From Eledone cirrhosa (taxonomy: Eukaryota): a stretch of 64,000 nucleotides of DNA. A program made the translations under genes and the position numbers. The notes beneath the pieces were generated by a model. The model was given only the letters and a program-made list of their open reading frames with translations, had not been told where the DNA came from and ran no database searches. The stretch spans positions 28,396,001 to 28,460,000 of the forward strand of contig OZ024748.1 in the NCBI GenBank assembly GCA_964016885.1, written 5' to 3'. This document shows positions 52,860 through 64,000 of this stretch, in pieces. Each line of letters starts with the position of its first letter. The stretch's first letter is position 1.

Positions 52860-53467
52860 TGTAAGGGAGATAACTGCGAAAGTCTGGCTTTAGACAGGGT
52901 CACGCGCCAGCTCGACCAGCACCGCCTTGCCTGTTTTCGTGCGGTCTCCAAACCCCACAGGGGTGCCTGGCTCCATGCCTTGTCCTCCTTCTCCACAGCG
53001 TTTCCTTGAGGCATGGCTTGGACGCTGCAGGCTTCCCTTCCCAGCTCGAGCCGGTGGGGCTGGACCGAGGGGACGGCAAAAGGCCAGATGGTATGACCAT
53101 CTTCCCGTTCCGCGGAGGCAAACTCCTCGTCTGGTATGCCACTTGCACCGACACGTTCTGCAGCTGCAATCTGGTGCAGTCTGCGACTAAACCAGGTTCT
53201 GCTGCACGTCGGGCTGTGTAGGCCAAACTCTTCAAATACCAGTCGCTCTCCGACAGGTTTGCGGTTGTATTCTTGGCAGTGGAGACTTCTGGTGTCCTCG
53301 GCCCTAGGGCTACCTCCCTACTCACCACCATAGGCGCTGAGCTGACCAGCCGCATGTGTGAGCCTCTTGAGCTGGATTGGCTTTTCCAGTGCGTCTCCCT
53401 TGCCGTCCTCCGGGGAAACGCCTTCTCCATTCTGTCCACCGGGGCTGTGGGGAGGCCACCACTATGA
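52860..53467 (+). mobile_element. CRE-clade retrotransposon 3' fragment (restriction-like endonuclease), decayed
   Basis: GAWLHAL, EPVGLDRGDGKRPDG...LVWYATC.DT, AVETSGVLG and FQCVSLAVLRGNA are present. There is an internal deletion and a stop. Confidence 0.75.
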
Positions 53468-53905
53468 TTGACTGACTTGTCATTTCATCAGTCAGATGTT
53501 TTTAGACATCACCCAGTTAATTATGATTCATTCTGAACAATACAGATAACACATGTAGAGACATACATGGTTGTTTGACAACCAAACATTCACTGACCGT
53601 TTTCGTTTTGCGTCGGTTGCCATTGAGATATCTTATGTCCTTGGTCCCCACCCTCATAGAAACAATGCTGTCCGGGTGAGAGTGGGGCTACCTCATCTTG
53701 CCTCACCAGCTACGCCACTGAATACAATATTAAAACTCGTCGAAATAATCGATGTCTTCTTCAAAATATATCCCACAATGCTATATAAAATATGTAATCC
53801 TAATTACACAAGTGCAATAGCCAATCAAATAAATGTAAAAAATAGCATAAACAAGAAAACAAACAAAAAAGTATATCGATAACTTCCAATATAACACATA
53901 CACAT

Positions 53906-53985
<80 letters not shown>

Positions 53986-54500
53986 CATAGATAACATATA
54001 CAACTGTCGTTTGTAGTCATCTTTACATTTGTTATATATATATTCCTAATGTTGATGGTTACAAGAAAAGAAACTACTCACACAACAAAAATGAAATACG
54101 CCACACAAGGAATTAACAAAGAAAATAAACTGAAAGCGGCCATTATTTGCACTCCACATAAATCAGTAAATGATATAAGCCAGTGTAAGACTCTGTACAG
54201 TGACAACAATCCTTAGAACGGCCATTTCACATTATATGACACAATAACACAACGCAAATCTAGTTTCCCCGACCTAGTATCGCAAGAATTTGTTTTCTCA
54301 GCCACTCCTTTTAATAACTTCATATTTACTTTACGGCGGGTAGAATATTTTGTGAAATTGTTTCCAGCTCTCCATTCACTGAGTTCAAATCCTGCCAAGG
54401 TCAACTTTGCCTTTTATCCTTTCGAGGTTGATAAAAAAATGTACCAGTCTAATACTGGGGTCGATTCTTCCTCTTTCTCATTCCCCCCTCTCTCTCTCTG

Positions 54501-54624
<124 letters not shown>

Positions 54625-55190
54625 AGCTTTTACCATACGCTGACGAAGTAAATTGCACTATTTCTTGCAGGAGTACTTGCACTTACCCTGCCGCTGTACC
54701 TAACGGATTGCACCATGCACCTGTTGCTGCAGAAACCCATATTGGGCCTGGGACTTATTAGTGCTACAGCTCCGTTACAAATATCTCCAAGTGTTTTGAT
54801 CGTATATATGCCTTCCAGACATCCTTGTTGAGTAACAGTGACCATCGAAGACTACGGTAAACCGTTTCCTATCGTCTTGGTACACACACACACACACACG
54901 TACACACACATACGTACACACACATACGTACACACACACACACACGTACACACACACACACACGTACACACACACAAACAAACACACACATACGTACACA
55001 TACACACACACACATACGTACACACACACGCACATACGTACACACACACAAACATACGTACACACACACACATACGTACACATACACACACAAACACACA
55101 CATACGTACACACACATACGTACGTACACACACATACGTACGTACACACACACATACGTACACACACACATACGTACACACACACACATA

Positions 55191-55225
<35 letters not shown>

Positions 55226-55601
55226 GTACACACACACACACACACATATATATATACTATACTTACATTATATGTATGCATGCATGTGTGTTTGTATGTA
55301 CACATATCTCCAAAAATTAAGCAACTACAAGAATATAACCACACCACCATCAACAACAATGACATCAACAACAAACTATGTTGTAATCGATACAGTTTTT
55401 GCTGTTGTTGTTGTTCTTGTCGTTGTTGTTGTTGCTTTTGTTGTTGTTGTTGCTGATGCTGTTTGTATGTCCAACAATTTCATTTGGAAGTTTGGTTAAT
55501 AAAGAGTAGTGCGATGTAAATTAAAAGCCGGATGTTGTTTTCCATAACGACTTTAAAGTGTCTGTTACTGTGGAGTGGTACTGAATAAAACACTATTCAT
55601 A

Positions 55602-55679
<78 letters not shown>

Positions 55680-56047
55680 GCGCGCGCGCGTGCGTGCGTG
55701 CGTGCGTGCGTGTGTGTGTGTGTGTGTGTGTGTATGAATGTACGTATTTATGTATAACTAAACAATACTTATCAACGCTAGAGAGCTCTCCAGTTTGTGG
55801 AGACAGGAAACTGCTAAACGTCATCACTAAAATGGCTGCCAAATTAAATATTTCTTCTCCGTTTTCTTTTTTTATTTATTATTTTTAGTTTTAATCTGTT
55901 TGTTTGTTTTTTGTTTATCGTTGTTTGAGTTCCTTTGTTTTATGTTGTCTCTTTTTCCGACTTTTCTCGCCCGCTGTTTCTGTTTTCTTTCCATATTGAA
56001 TAAAATATGAGGATTAATGGCAGAAAGATTGGTGGTGGTGGTGGTGG

Positions 56048-56078
<31 letters not shown>

Positions 56079-57124
56079 GGTGCTGGTGCTGGTGCTGGTG
56101 CTGGTGCTGGTGCTGGTGACAGTGGTGATGGAAAGGGATTTGCAGAATCGGGTTGAGCAGCGAAAATAATACCTTGTGTTATTTAGTTAGGTTCTTTTAC
56201 GTTCTAAGCACGAGTTATTTATTTTTCCTTCAACCATCCTGTAATTAGTAAATAAGTACCAGTCATATACATGGCCTAATGTATTGAGCCTATGTTTCTT
56301 TCCCTGAACTATGCTGCCTTATAACTACGTTAGAAACCATAACGACGTTTGCTAGAGCTATACAATTGTTGGCAGAATAGTGATTTACAAGGAAATACCT
56401 TTAATACGATACTTTACGACCACACATGTTCTCATTGTCGGAGTATGAAAGGGAGTGAACTCAAAATAAATTATTGTTTATGAATGCGTATACCAAAAAA
56501 AGAACTAGACATGTTGACAACCCTTCCATATGGCTCATCAGAAAAGGAAGTTAATATAAGACGGTAGTAACTTTAATATTTCAATGAAGAAGTTGGCTAG
56601 AAGAATAATCAAACCTGTCTCTCTGAGGCATATTTATTGCTATCATCATATACGGGGCAGTGGTTAACCAATGTGGTATTCAACAATATATCACTTTTCA
56701 TTGGAGATCAGAATGGGGGTGTAGATGCTGATCCCCTTTGAGAAAATACAAAAAAAATCTCTGACCTCATTTATTTGAAATGTGAGGAACCGGCAAGTGC
56801 TGTAGTATAGGGCGGATGAGTAGATAGTTACACATGCAGTGACCCTATCCACCAGAGAATTTATGCTCTTTTGATGTCAATATTACAACTAGAACATTAC
56901 CAACTGCTGAAGAAATAGCAGCAGCAGCTAGAGATGCAACAACTTTCGGTGAAAGAAGGGAGAGAAGCTATTGACGTTCATCATAGAAGCTGGATTCTTA
57001 TAGAATTCCAGTAATAGTCGCCGAAAAGAAGTAACATAGTCACTACTTTAAAGCCGATAGCGTATGGTCTTCAAAATGTTTTTAATTAAACATACGGTAT
57101 ATTGCCAAATATACTATACATACA

Positions 57125-57189
<65 letters not shown>

Positions 57190-57383
57190 CGGCGATGAAT
57201 GGCAACATTGAGGACCGAGTAAGTTAGATCGCAGATATATTAAAAGACAGCGAGAAGCGAAAACCAACCAAACAGTGAGTGTGTTCTGTTATTAATTCTG
57301 GCAATATTACGCAAATATGACCCTCCCCAAGTATAACAATATATATATATATATATATATATTTATTTATTTATATATATATA

Positions 57384-58295
57384 CTAGCAGAATGGCTCGG
57401 CATTGCTCGGGCTTCTAAACATAGATTGGCATGTTTATCCCTCCTTTCTGAAACAGTACAGAGAAGTACGGAATACCTCGGCCTGGGGATGGTGTCTACA
57501 TTTTGTGCTTAGGCAAATAATTTTCCATTAAGATTTTTCAAAAGCATGTAATTGCGTTCCCTCTCTTTTTTGTTATTGTTTTTGCTACTGTTGATGTGAT
57601 AGCAGCCGTTGGTCATACTACTAACACAGTCTCGTCCTTCTTCAGCCAATCGTGTATATCCCCTTCTGCCTCGTCTACCTAAGCAATGATTGTAGCATCT
57701 CCTTGCACACAATGTTCCTTGTTCTTCCGTGTCGGGCATATGCAAAGAGATTTGTCTTGCTTCCCACTCTTGAGCAGCCAACGTATAGTTGCCCGTGTAA
57801 AAAACATGACTCTTCCAAAAGAAGACCAGCAACAGCTAGGGTCTGACCCAGGGATTTGTTGATAGACATTGCAAAGCTGACACGGTTCGGCGAATGGTTC
57901 GTTGGTTGACTGTTTCAAGTGCTCTTCTGGTGACAGTACGTCCAGCATCTTGCGACCGTCGAATAGCAGATTCCACTGACGATTCGTTTGCCCGCCTTGT
58001 TCTTTTTCTTACCCCTTTCGCAGTATTTCGTTCAATGGAGTATCTCTCCCTTCGAGGCATGACCTAAAAGCAGGACAAAGTACTAAGACTAACTGGTAGA
58101 GTAAGGAGTAAACTCGTCAGTGATGCATGTGATTTCCGAACCGTTGATTATGTAATTGCTGGCCTTGTGCCAAAAGTAGTGGGACTTTTTGAGTGGCATA
58201 TCGGCAGTAACAATGACGATAAGCCGTCTGTGCTTTCGTGAAATAAATACGTTTGTTTATATTTTGTTTTTGTGTATACAAATATATCTGTACAC

Positions 58296-58297
<2 letters not shown>
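57384..58297 (-). mobile_element. Internally deleted non-autonomous Helitron in (TA)n
   Basis: The 3' end is hairpin cgagcaatgccgagc followed by CTAG|T, with a candidate 5' TC near 58297. A RepHel-like N-terminus (MPRRERYSIERNT...) is joined to a helicase C-terminus (MSINKSLGQTL...CFLHGQLYVGCSRV...NIV). Confidence 0.8.
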
Positions 58298-58342
<45 letters not shown>

Positions 58343-58924
58343 AAAGTTTTATTTAAAATTGTTGGGTTACAACGAGTAAATATTTTATAACTGATATAAA
58401 AGCACTCAACAGTTTTTGGAGTAGGTTTACGATATTAAACTAAGCATGGGGTCACTTTTTTCACACATTATGGATATGTGTCTCATTCATGAATATTGAT
58501 ATTTACATTATAATACCTAATTCATAAAAATTGATAATTCAAATGGATGAGACATAATATATTTTAAATATATCATCTTTCTTTCTTTTTCTCCTCTACA
58601 CTGGACGTGATTTATGTGTCGGCTATTTTTAACTGTATCCCTTCCCTCCTTAACGTCTCACTTGTACGATGATCATCTGTCCCCAAGCTGCCTACTATTT
58701 TTCCACTTCCTCAATATATTTCTCTCTCCCATATCTCCTTCTCTCTCTATCTCGCTCTGTTGTTTTTCTTTACATACATCTCTTCCTCTTTTTATCTTCG
58801 TTTTTCTTCGTCTTTCTTTCTCTATAACTGTCCTCAACAGTTTCACTACCAAATCAACTTTTTAAATGGAAGTTGCAATATTCTAATGTATGTCAAAATT
58901 ATTTATAAAACAGCTTATATATTG

Positions 58925-58990
58925 TATTTTGTCTGAGGATGGCATACCATATTTTTAATATGATATCCCAGAAATATATATAACGAAATA
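58925..58990 (+). ncRNA. Type I hammerhead ribozyme ~40 nt upstream of (TA)n
   Basis: UAUUUUGU-CUGAGGA-[14-bp stem, 2 mismatches]-GAAA-UAUAUA-UA-ACGAAAUA gives an 8-bp stem I and a palindromic stem III. An AAUAAA overlaps the 3' end. Confidence 0.8.
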
Positions 58991-59030
58991 AATATGGTTT
59001 TATAAATATAGTTTCCATTTGTTTAATATC

Positions 59031-59097
<67 letters not shown>

Positions 59098-59108
59098 CAA
59101 CAGATTAA

Positions 59109-59159
59109 AGTTTAAGCAAAGAATCGCTGCTTTCACCCTTAACGGGATCTTCTGAAACT
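59109..59159 (-). ncRNA. Degenerate hammerhead (CAGAAGA core)
   Basis: AGUUU-CAGAAGA-uCCCguuaaGGGu-GAAA-GCAG..UUGC-UU-AAACU forms all three stems but has one core substitution. Confidence 0.45.
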
Positions 59160-59606
59160 AAAAAAATCAATTTGTGAACGTAGAAGTAAATATTTCGAAA
59201 AACGTTGCAACCGAAGGAAAACAGGAAGACGATACTTTGGTTCATAAAGACGTTCCCTGGCAATGAACGGAAAATAGCGAAGATAATACGCCATCAATGA
59301 GAACAATGTTTTCATAATGTCGTAATGCAGACACCCAGACATACACACAGATATTATAAGGGCGCGACGTTATAGCTATGTATCTATCTAAAAAGATAAA
59401 CTAAGAAAGCGAGAGAGAGAGATCGCTAACCGGCACCTAACACGCCTTTAAAAACAGGAAATTGAAAAATAAAAGCTACAGTTAATACCTTTAGACCGCA
59501 AGGAATATATAAATGTAAGTTTGAAGTCAATCGGAGTAGAAATGTGGATTTGTATAGACTTTGCAAAAATTAGGACACACACACACACACAGACAGACAA
59601 TTTCAG

Positions 59607-59729
<123 letters not shown>

Positions 59730-59769
59730 GCATACATACATCCATTAATACATACACAAAATTGACATA

Positions 59770-60440
59770 GGTGATGACCTCTAAGAAGTTTCATCACATA
59801 CCATAGACAATGAGGCATGGACGATAATATCTCATAAAATATGATAATCCCAAGATGGAAGCTGTTCATAGCTCAATGCGCATGCTCGTATAAACAGACA
59901 GCCACTTGAAGTTGTTGGATTGTATTGAAAATATCACCGGGAGGTTTTAGTGATGTACTGCAGTTAATTATTAAAATTGTGAACAAGCTAAAATTCTTTG
60001 TCTGAACAAATTTTATGTCAACTCAGCCTTGATAATGATGATGACTATGTGAGGCTTGTGTACCATATTGAAGTACGATGGTTGTCAAAAGGCAACTGTG
60101 TTGTTTGTTTTGTCGAAGAGTTTGATACGAAATAAATGTTTTTTCAATACACTCCACTACGCACTTTTCTGATTGCTTCAAAATGTGATATCTTTTCTTA
60201 GCGACAAATTCGACAAACTAAATGATCTCAATACGTACGTGCAAGGAAAGCAAAAAACGCTTGTCGACTGTAAATCCTCAATCATTGCCTTCTATAAGAT
60301 GAACAATTCAAGGCGTCAACTCCACCAAATTTCAACGATTGAATAGCTTGAAAAATAAATTGGTCGATGAGGATGTCATTACATATTGCGATTATTTGCA
60401 ATCATTGCATGATGACATGGTACAACGATTTCAGGATATT
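59770..60440 (+). pseudogene. Decayed hAT (Charlie/Buster-like) transposase fragment
   Basis: IKIVNKLK, LVYHIEVRWLSKGNC and KLNDLNTYVQGK are present. Confidence 0.7.
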
Positions 60441-60986
60441 AGCGCATTGCCTGTTACAGTTGTTGCTATGTCTAGAAGGTGGTGCGACCACACAGAGGCT
60501 TCTTCTAAAAACTAGTGGTCGGGGTAAATTGATGGTGGTGGTTTTTGTGGTGGTTGTGGTGGTGGCATGCTACTGAAGATGATGATGATGTTGAGGATAA
60601 CGATGACGACGATTATGATGGTGATGATGATAATGATGATGACAGTGGTGGTAGTGGTGATGGTAGATTTGGTGGTGGTGGTGGGATACGAGTGAAGATG
60701 ATGATGATAATGCGACCATCATAAAGAAGGTTTTATATATAGACAGTAATTGGCAAGATCCACAAGATGATGACGACGCTATCGAAAGATGTTTAGGGAG
60801 GGTAATCGAACACAATCTATACTTATCTTGAGCTATTTCTTCTCCAAGTCTCTTCAATTATCCATTGACTGATCAATATATTGATCCATATGACCATGAA
60901 ACACCACTGTTCTTTTTGTCTTTACCCCAGAAACCATTTCTGCTTATCTAATAAGACACTATTAAGTCCCACACATACAGATATAG

Positions 60987-61079
<93 letters not shown>

Positions 61080-61081
<2 letters not shown>

Positions 61082-63021
61082 CTTGTTACCGGACGAACAG
61101 AAAGGATGCCGAAAGAAGTCACGTGGTACAAAGGACCAGTTACTTATTGATAAGATGGTAATGGGGAATTGCAGGAGGAGACACACTGATCTTGCCATGG
61201 GATGGATAGACTACAGAAAGGCATCTGACATGGTGCCTCATTCTTGGATCACCAAAAGCCTGGAGATCTTCAGGGTGGCAGATAACATCAGACAGTTGCT
61301 GGGCAGGAGTATGGGGTCCTGGGAGACAGAGTTGACATCAACTGGAGTATCCTTGGGAAGCGTGAAGATCAAGAGAGGTATCTTCCAGGGAGATAGCCTG
61401 TCCCCTCTGTTGTTTGTCCTTGCCCTGATGCCCTTGACCATTATGCTGCGAAAAGTGAGAGCAGGATACAAGTTGGGAAAGGGAGAGCTTACCATCAATC
61501 ACCTCCTCTTCATGGACGATCTTAAGCTCTTCGGGAAAAGTGAGAAGGAGTTGGATGTGCTTGTTGACACTGTCCGTATTTTCAGCAGTGATATATGTAT
61601 GCAGTTTGGTATTAGTAAATGTGGAGTCATTGTGATGAGGAGGGGTAGGTTGAGCAGAAGTAACGGGATCCAGATACCAACAGGTGAGATGATAAAGGAA
61701 ATTGACTCTGAGGAAGGATACAAGTATTTGGGCGTTCTGGAGGCTGATGGCATAAAGAACAAAAAAATGAAGGAATTGTTAAGAACTGAATACATTTGGA
61801 GAGTAAGGAGCGTATTGAAGTCACATCTGAACAGCAGAAATGCCATAAGCGCAGTAAATTCCCGAGCTGTGTCTATTATTAGGTACAGTGCGGGAATTCT
61901 GAGATGGAATGTTGCTGAACAAAAAGAAATGGATAGGAAGACTAGGAAGCTATTGACTATCTACAACATGTTCCACAAGAGGAGTGATGTCGATAGACTC
62001 TACCTAAGGAGATCTGAGGGTGGAAGAGGTCTTATCAGCATAGAGGACTGTGTTCAGATGGAGAAAAACAACCTATACAAATACGTGACCTATAGTAAGG
62101 AGCCAATGCTCAGAACTGTACTGAAGGAGGGGACAGTAGGCCAGGGGATGTCCAAGGAGGAAATAACATCAAGGAGGAAGAGCAGCCTTAAGGGAAAATC
62201 CCTTCATAGTACCTTCTTTGAGAAAACTGAATTTAGAGATCCACAGACATGGAACTGGTTGAGAAGAGGAGACCTCAAAAAGGCTACAGAAGGAATGCTA
62301 ATGGCTGCGTAGGAGCAGGCCCTCAAAACGAAGTGGTTGAAGCACCATATTTACAAGGAGGAGGCTAGCCCACTGTGCAGGATCTGTGGAGAGAGAGAGG
62401 AGACTGTGGCTCACATTGTGTCCGAGTGTAAACACCTAGCCCAGACCCACTATAAGGGCTGGAGACACGATGTGATGGGCAGGGTGATCCACTGGCACCT
62501 GTGCAAAGTAAACAATTTACCACATTCTGAGAAATGGTATGAGCATAGGCCAGAGGCGGTGATGGAGAACAATCAGGTGAAGGTGCTGTGGGATTTTAGG
62601 ATACAGACGGACAAAAAACTGGAACACAATAGACCTGACCTGGTGGTTGTGGACAAAGAAAAAAGATCGTGTCTGATTGTGGATGTGGCCTGCCCTTTCG
62701 ACACGAGAGTGCAAGAGAAGGAGAGGGAGAAAATTAACCGATACCAGGACCTAAAGTGGGAGGTGAAAAGGATTTGGAACTGCCATGAAGTCAAAGTGAT
62801 CCCGATTGTCATAGGCGCACTGGGGACTATCTCCAAAAGTTTCCAGGGATGGTTAAAGAAAATCGGCCCCTTCACGCTTTTTGGAACGCTTCAAAAGGCA
62901 TGCTTGCTTGGAACAGCAAGAACCCTCCGATACGTCCTGAATATCTGAGGCTGCAGGTAGTGGCTTGATATTCATTCCAACGGACTTTCCAGTTAACCAA
63001 CATCAATGACTGAGATTCAAG
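61080..63021 (+). mobile_element. 5'-truncated Dong/R4-like element between (TAA)n tracts; one premature stop at 62310
   Basis: [66 protein letters not shown] and LLGTARTLR are present. Confidence 0.93.
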
Positions 63022-63031
63022 GAATAACAAC

Positions 63032-63090
<59 letters not shown>

Positions 63091-63097
63091 TAATAAT

Positions 63098-64000
63098 GAT
63101 TTCTTTATTAACCACAAGGGTTTACATAAAGTAGACATTAAGGACAGTACAGGACAATACAGGACGGTACAAATAGGCATTTCTGCGTGTAAAAAACAAA
63201 AACAGAGGATGTAACAAAAAATAACAATGAAAAATTCCCCAATAGGGGCGAGACTACGGAGGGACATTTGTGGAGAAAGCCCAGTAAAAGGCCACAGTGA
63301 CACTGACCACCAAGGCAAGTGCCCTCTCCCAGTTTTCCACCTTTAATTTACAGATACATACACAGAGTAGGCCCATTCACTCGGGCCATTCTTGCTTCTC
63401 TCACCCATCTTTCAACAAAATACTGGGAAGAGAGCACTTCCCTCTCTACTCTGATTTTCCTTTTCAAATGAAATTTGAAAAAGTCAATCAGGGCATCACC
63501 GAAGAGGTAAGTGCTCGTCTTCAGCCCGGATCCGTCCTACACGTGACAGCAGGTGTTCGACATAAACTCACAAGTCAGCAATTTTCGGACACTGGACGAG
63601 TGCGTGCAGGACGGTTTCGTCGCCCTGCGCGCATCTCGGACATGCTCGGCTGACGGCACCTCCATGCCTGTAGAGATTATCTCGAACTGGTAAGGCTCCT
63701 CGGTAGCATTGCCAGGCCAGAGATTTCTGGAAGTTGTCCATAGGCCCCGGCCCGAAAGTTCTTCCGAAGAGATTGGTTAGTTGATTTTCGTCAGACGCCT
63801 AGAGTTTCCCCAAGTACGTCGTCGCTCTTCCCCTCCACTAATCCTCTATAGAACGCCGAGGTGGAGTTTCCACCGATCACATTGCCCGATTGGTCGAGGG
63901 CTGTGAGCGCCTGAAGACATTCCAGTCTCCAGGCGCTCCCTCTCGGTCTTCGCTTGACCCAGGACTGCAGCTCCGTCAAGGAAACGAGCTGGGGAATACG
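63098..64000 (-). mobile_element. Tx1 3' end (continues beyond window) with (TTA)n tail
   Basis: TELQSWVKRRPR, MDNFQKSLAWQCYRGALP, and a 3'UTR ending cccttgtggttaataaagaaat. Confidence 0.9.

Noticed and set aside
54640-54750. Hammerhead with long stem II next to (TA)n
   Set aside because: CTGACGA and GAAA are ~85 nt apart, and there is no UH triplet or stem I closure.
56380-57060. Possible decayed coding sequence and a CTGATGA core at ~56535 (minus)
   Set aside because: I recognise no motif with confidence, and the hammerhead lacks GAAA. A tBLASTx/HMM search would be needed.

Overview
Eukaryotic, gene-free, extremely microsatellite-rich DNA. The repeat content resembles an octopus/coleoid cephalopod genome, which is inference only. 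No host gene can be supported, and most short ORFs in the track are translated microsatellites. The window is a mosaic of mobile elements, many sitting in a family-specific simple repeat. (1) Tx1-clade (L1-like) LINEs lie in (TATC)n as a head-to-tail array with one full-length copy, and a related Tx1 group lies in (TTA)n. (2) An R4/Dong-clade RLE retrotransposon with an intact 1169-aa ORF lies in (TACA)n, and other Dong-like copies lie in (TAA)n. (3) There are CRE-, RTE- and Penelope(Neptune)-like fragments, two tRNA-derived SINE groups, decayed hAT transposases, Helitron derivatives and a pogo/Tigger-like MITE. The least annotated signal is a set of short non-coding inserts in (TA)n tracts carrying type I hammerhead ribozyme folds: three with a canonical core and all three stems, plus variant, degenerate and half copies, some in fold-back palindromes. 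A second unexplained signal is a conserved splice donor plus polypyrimidine/acceptor cassette at the ORF1/ORF2 junction of divergent Tx1 copies.
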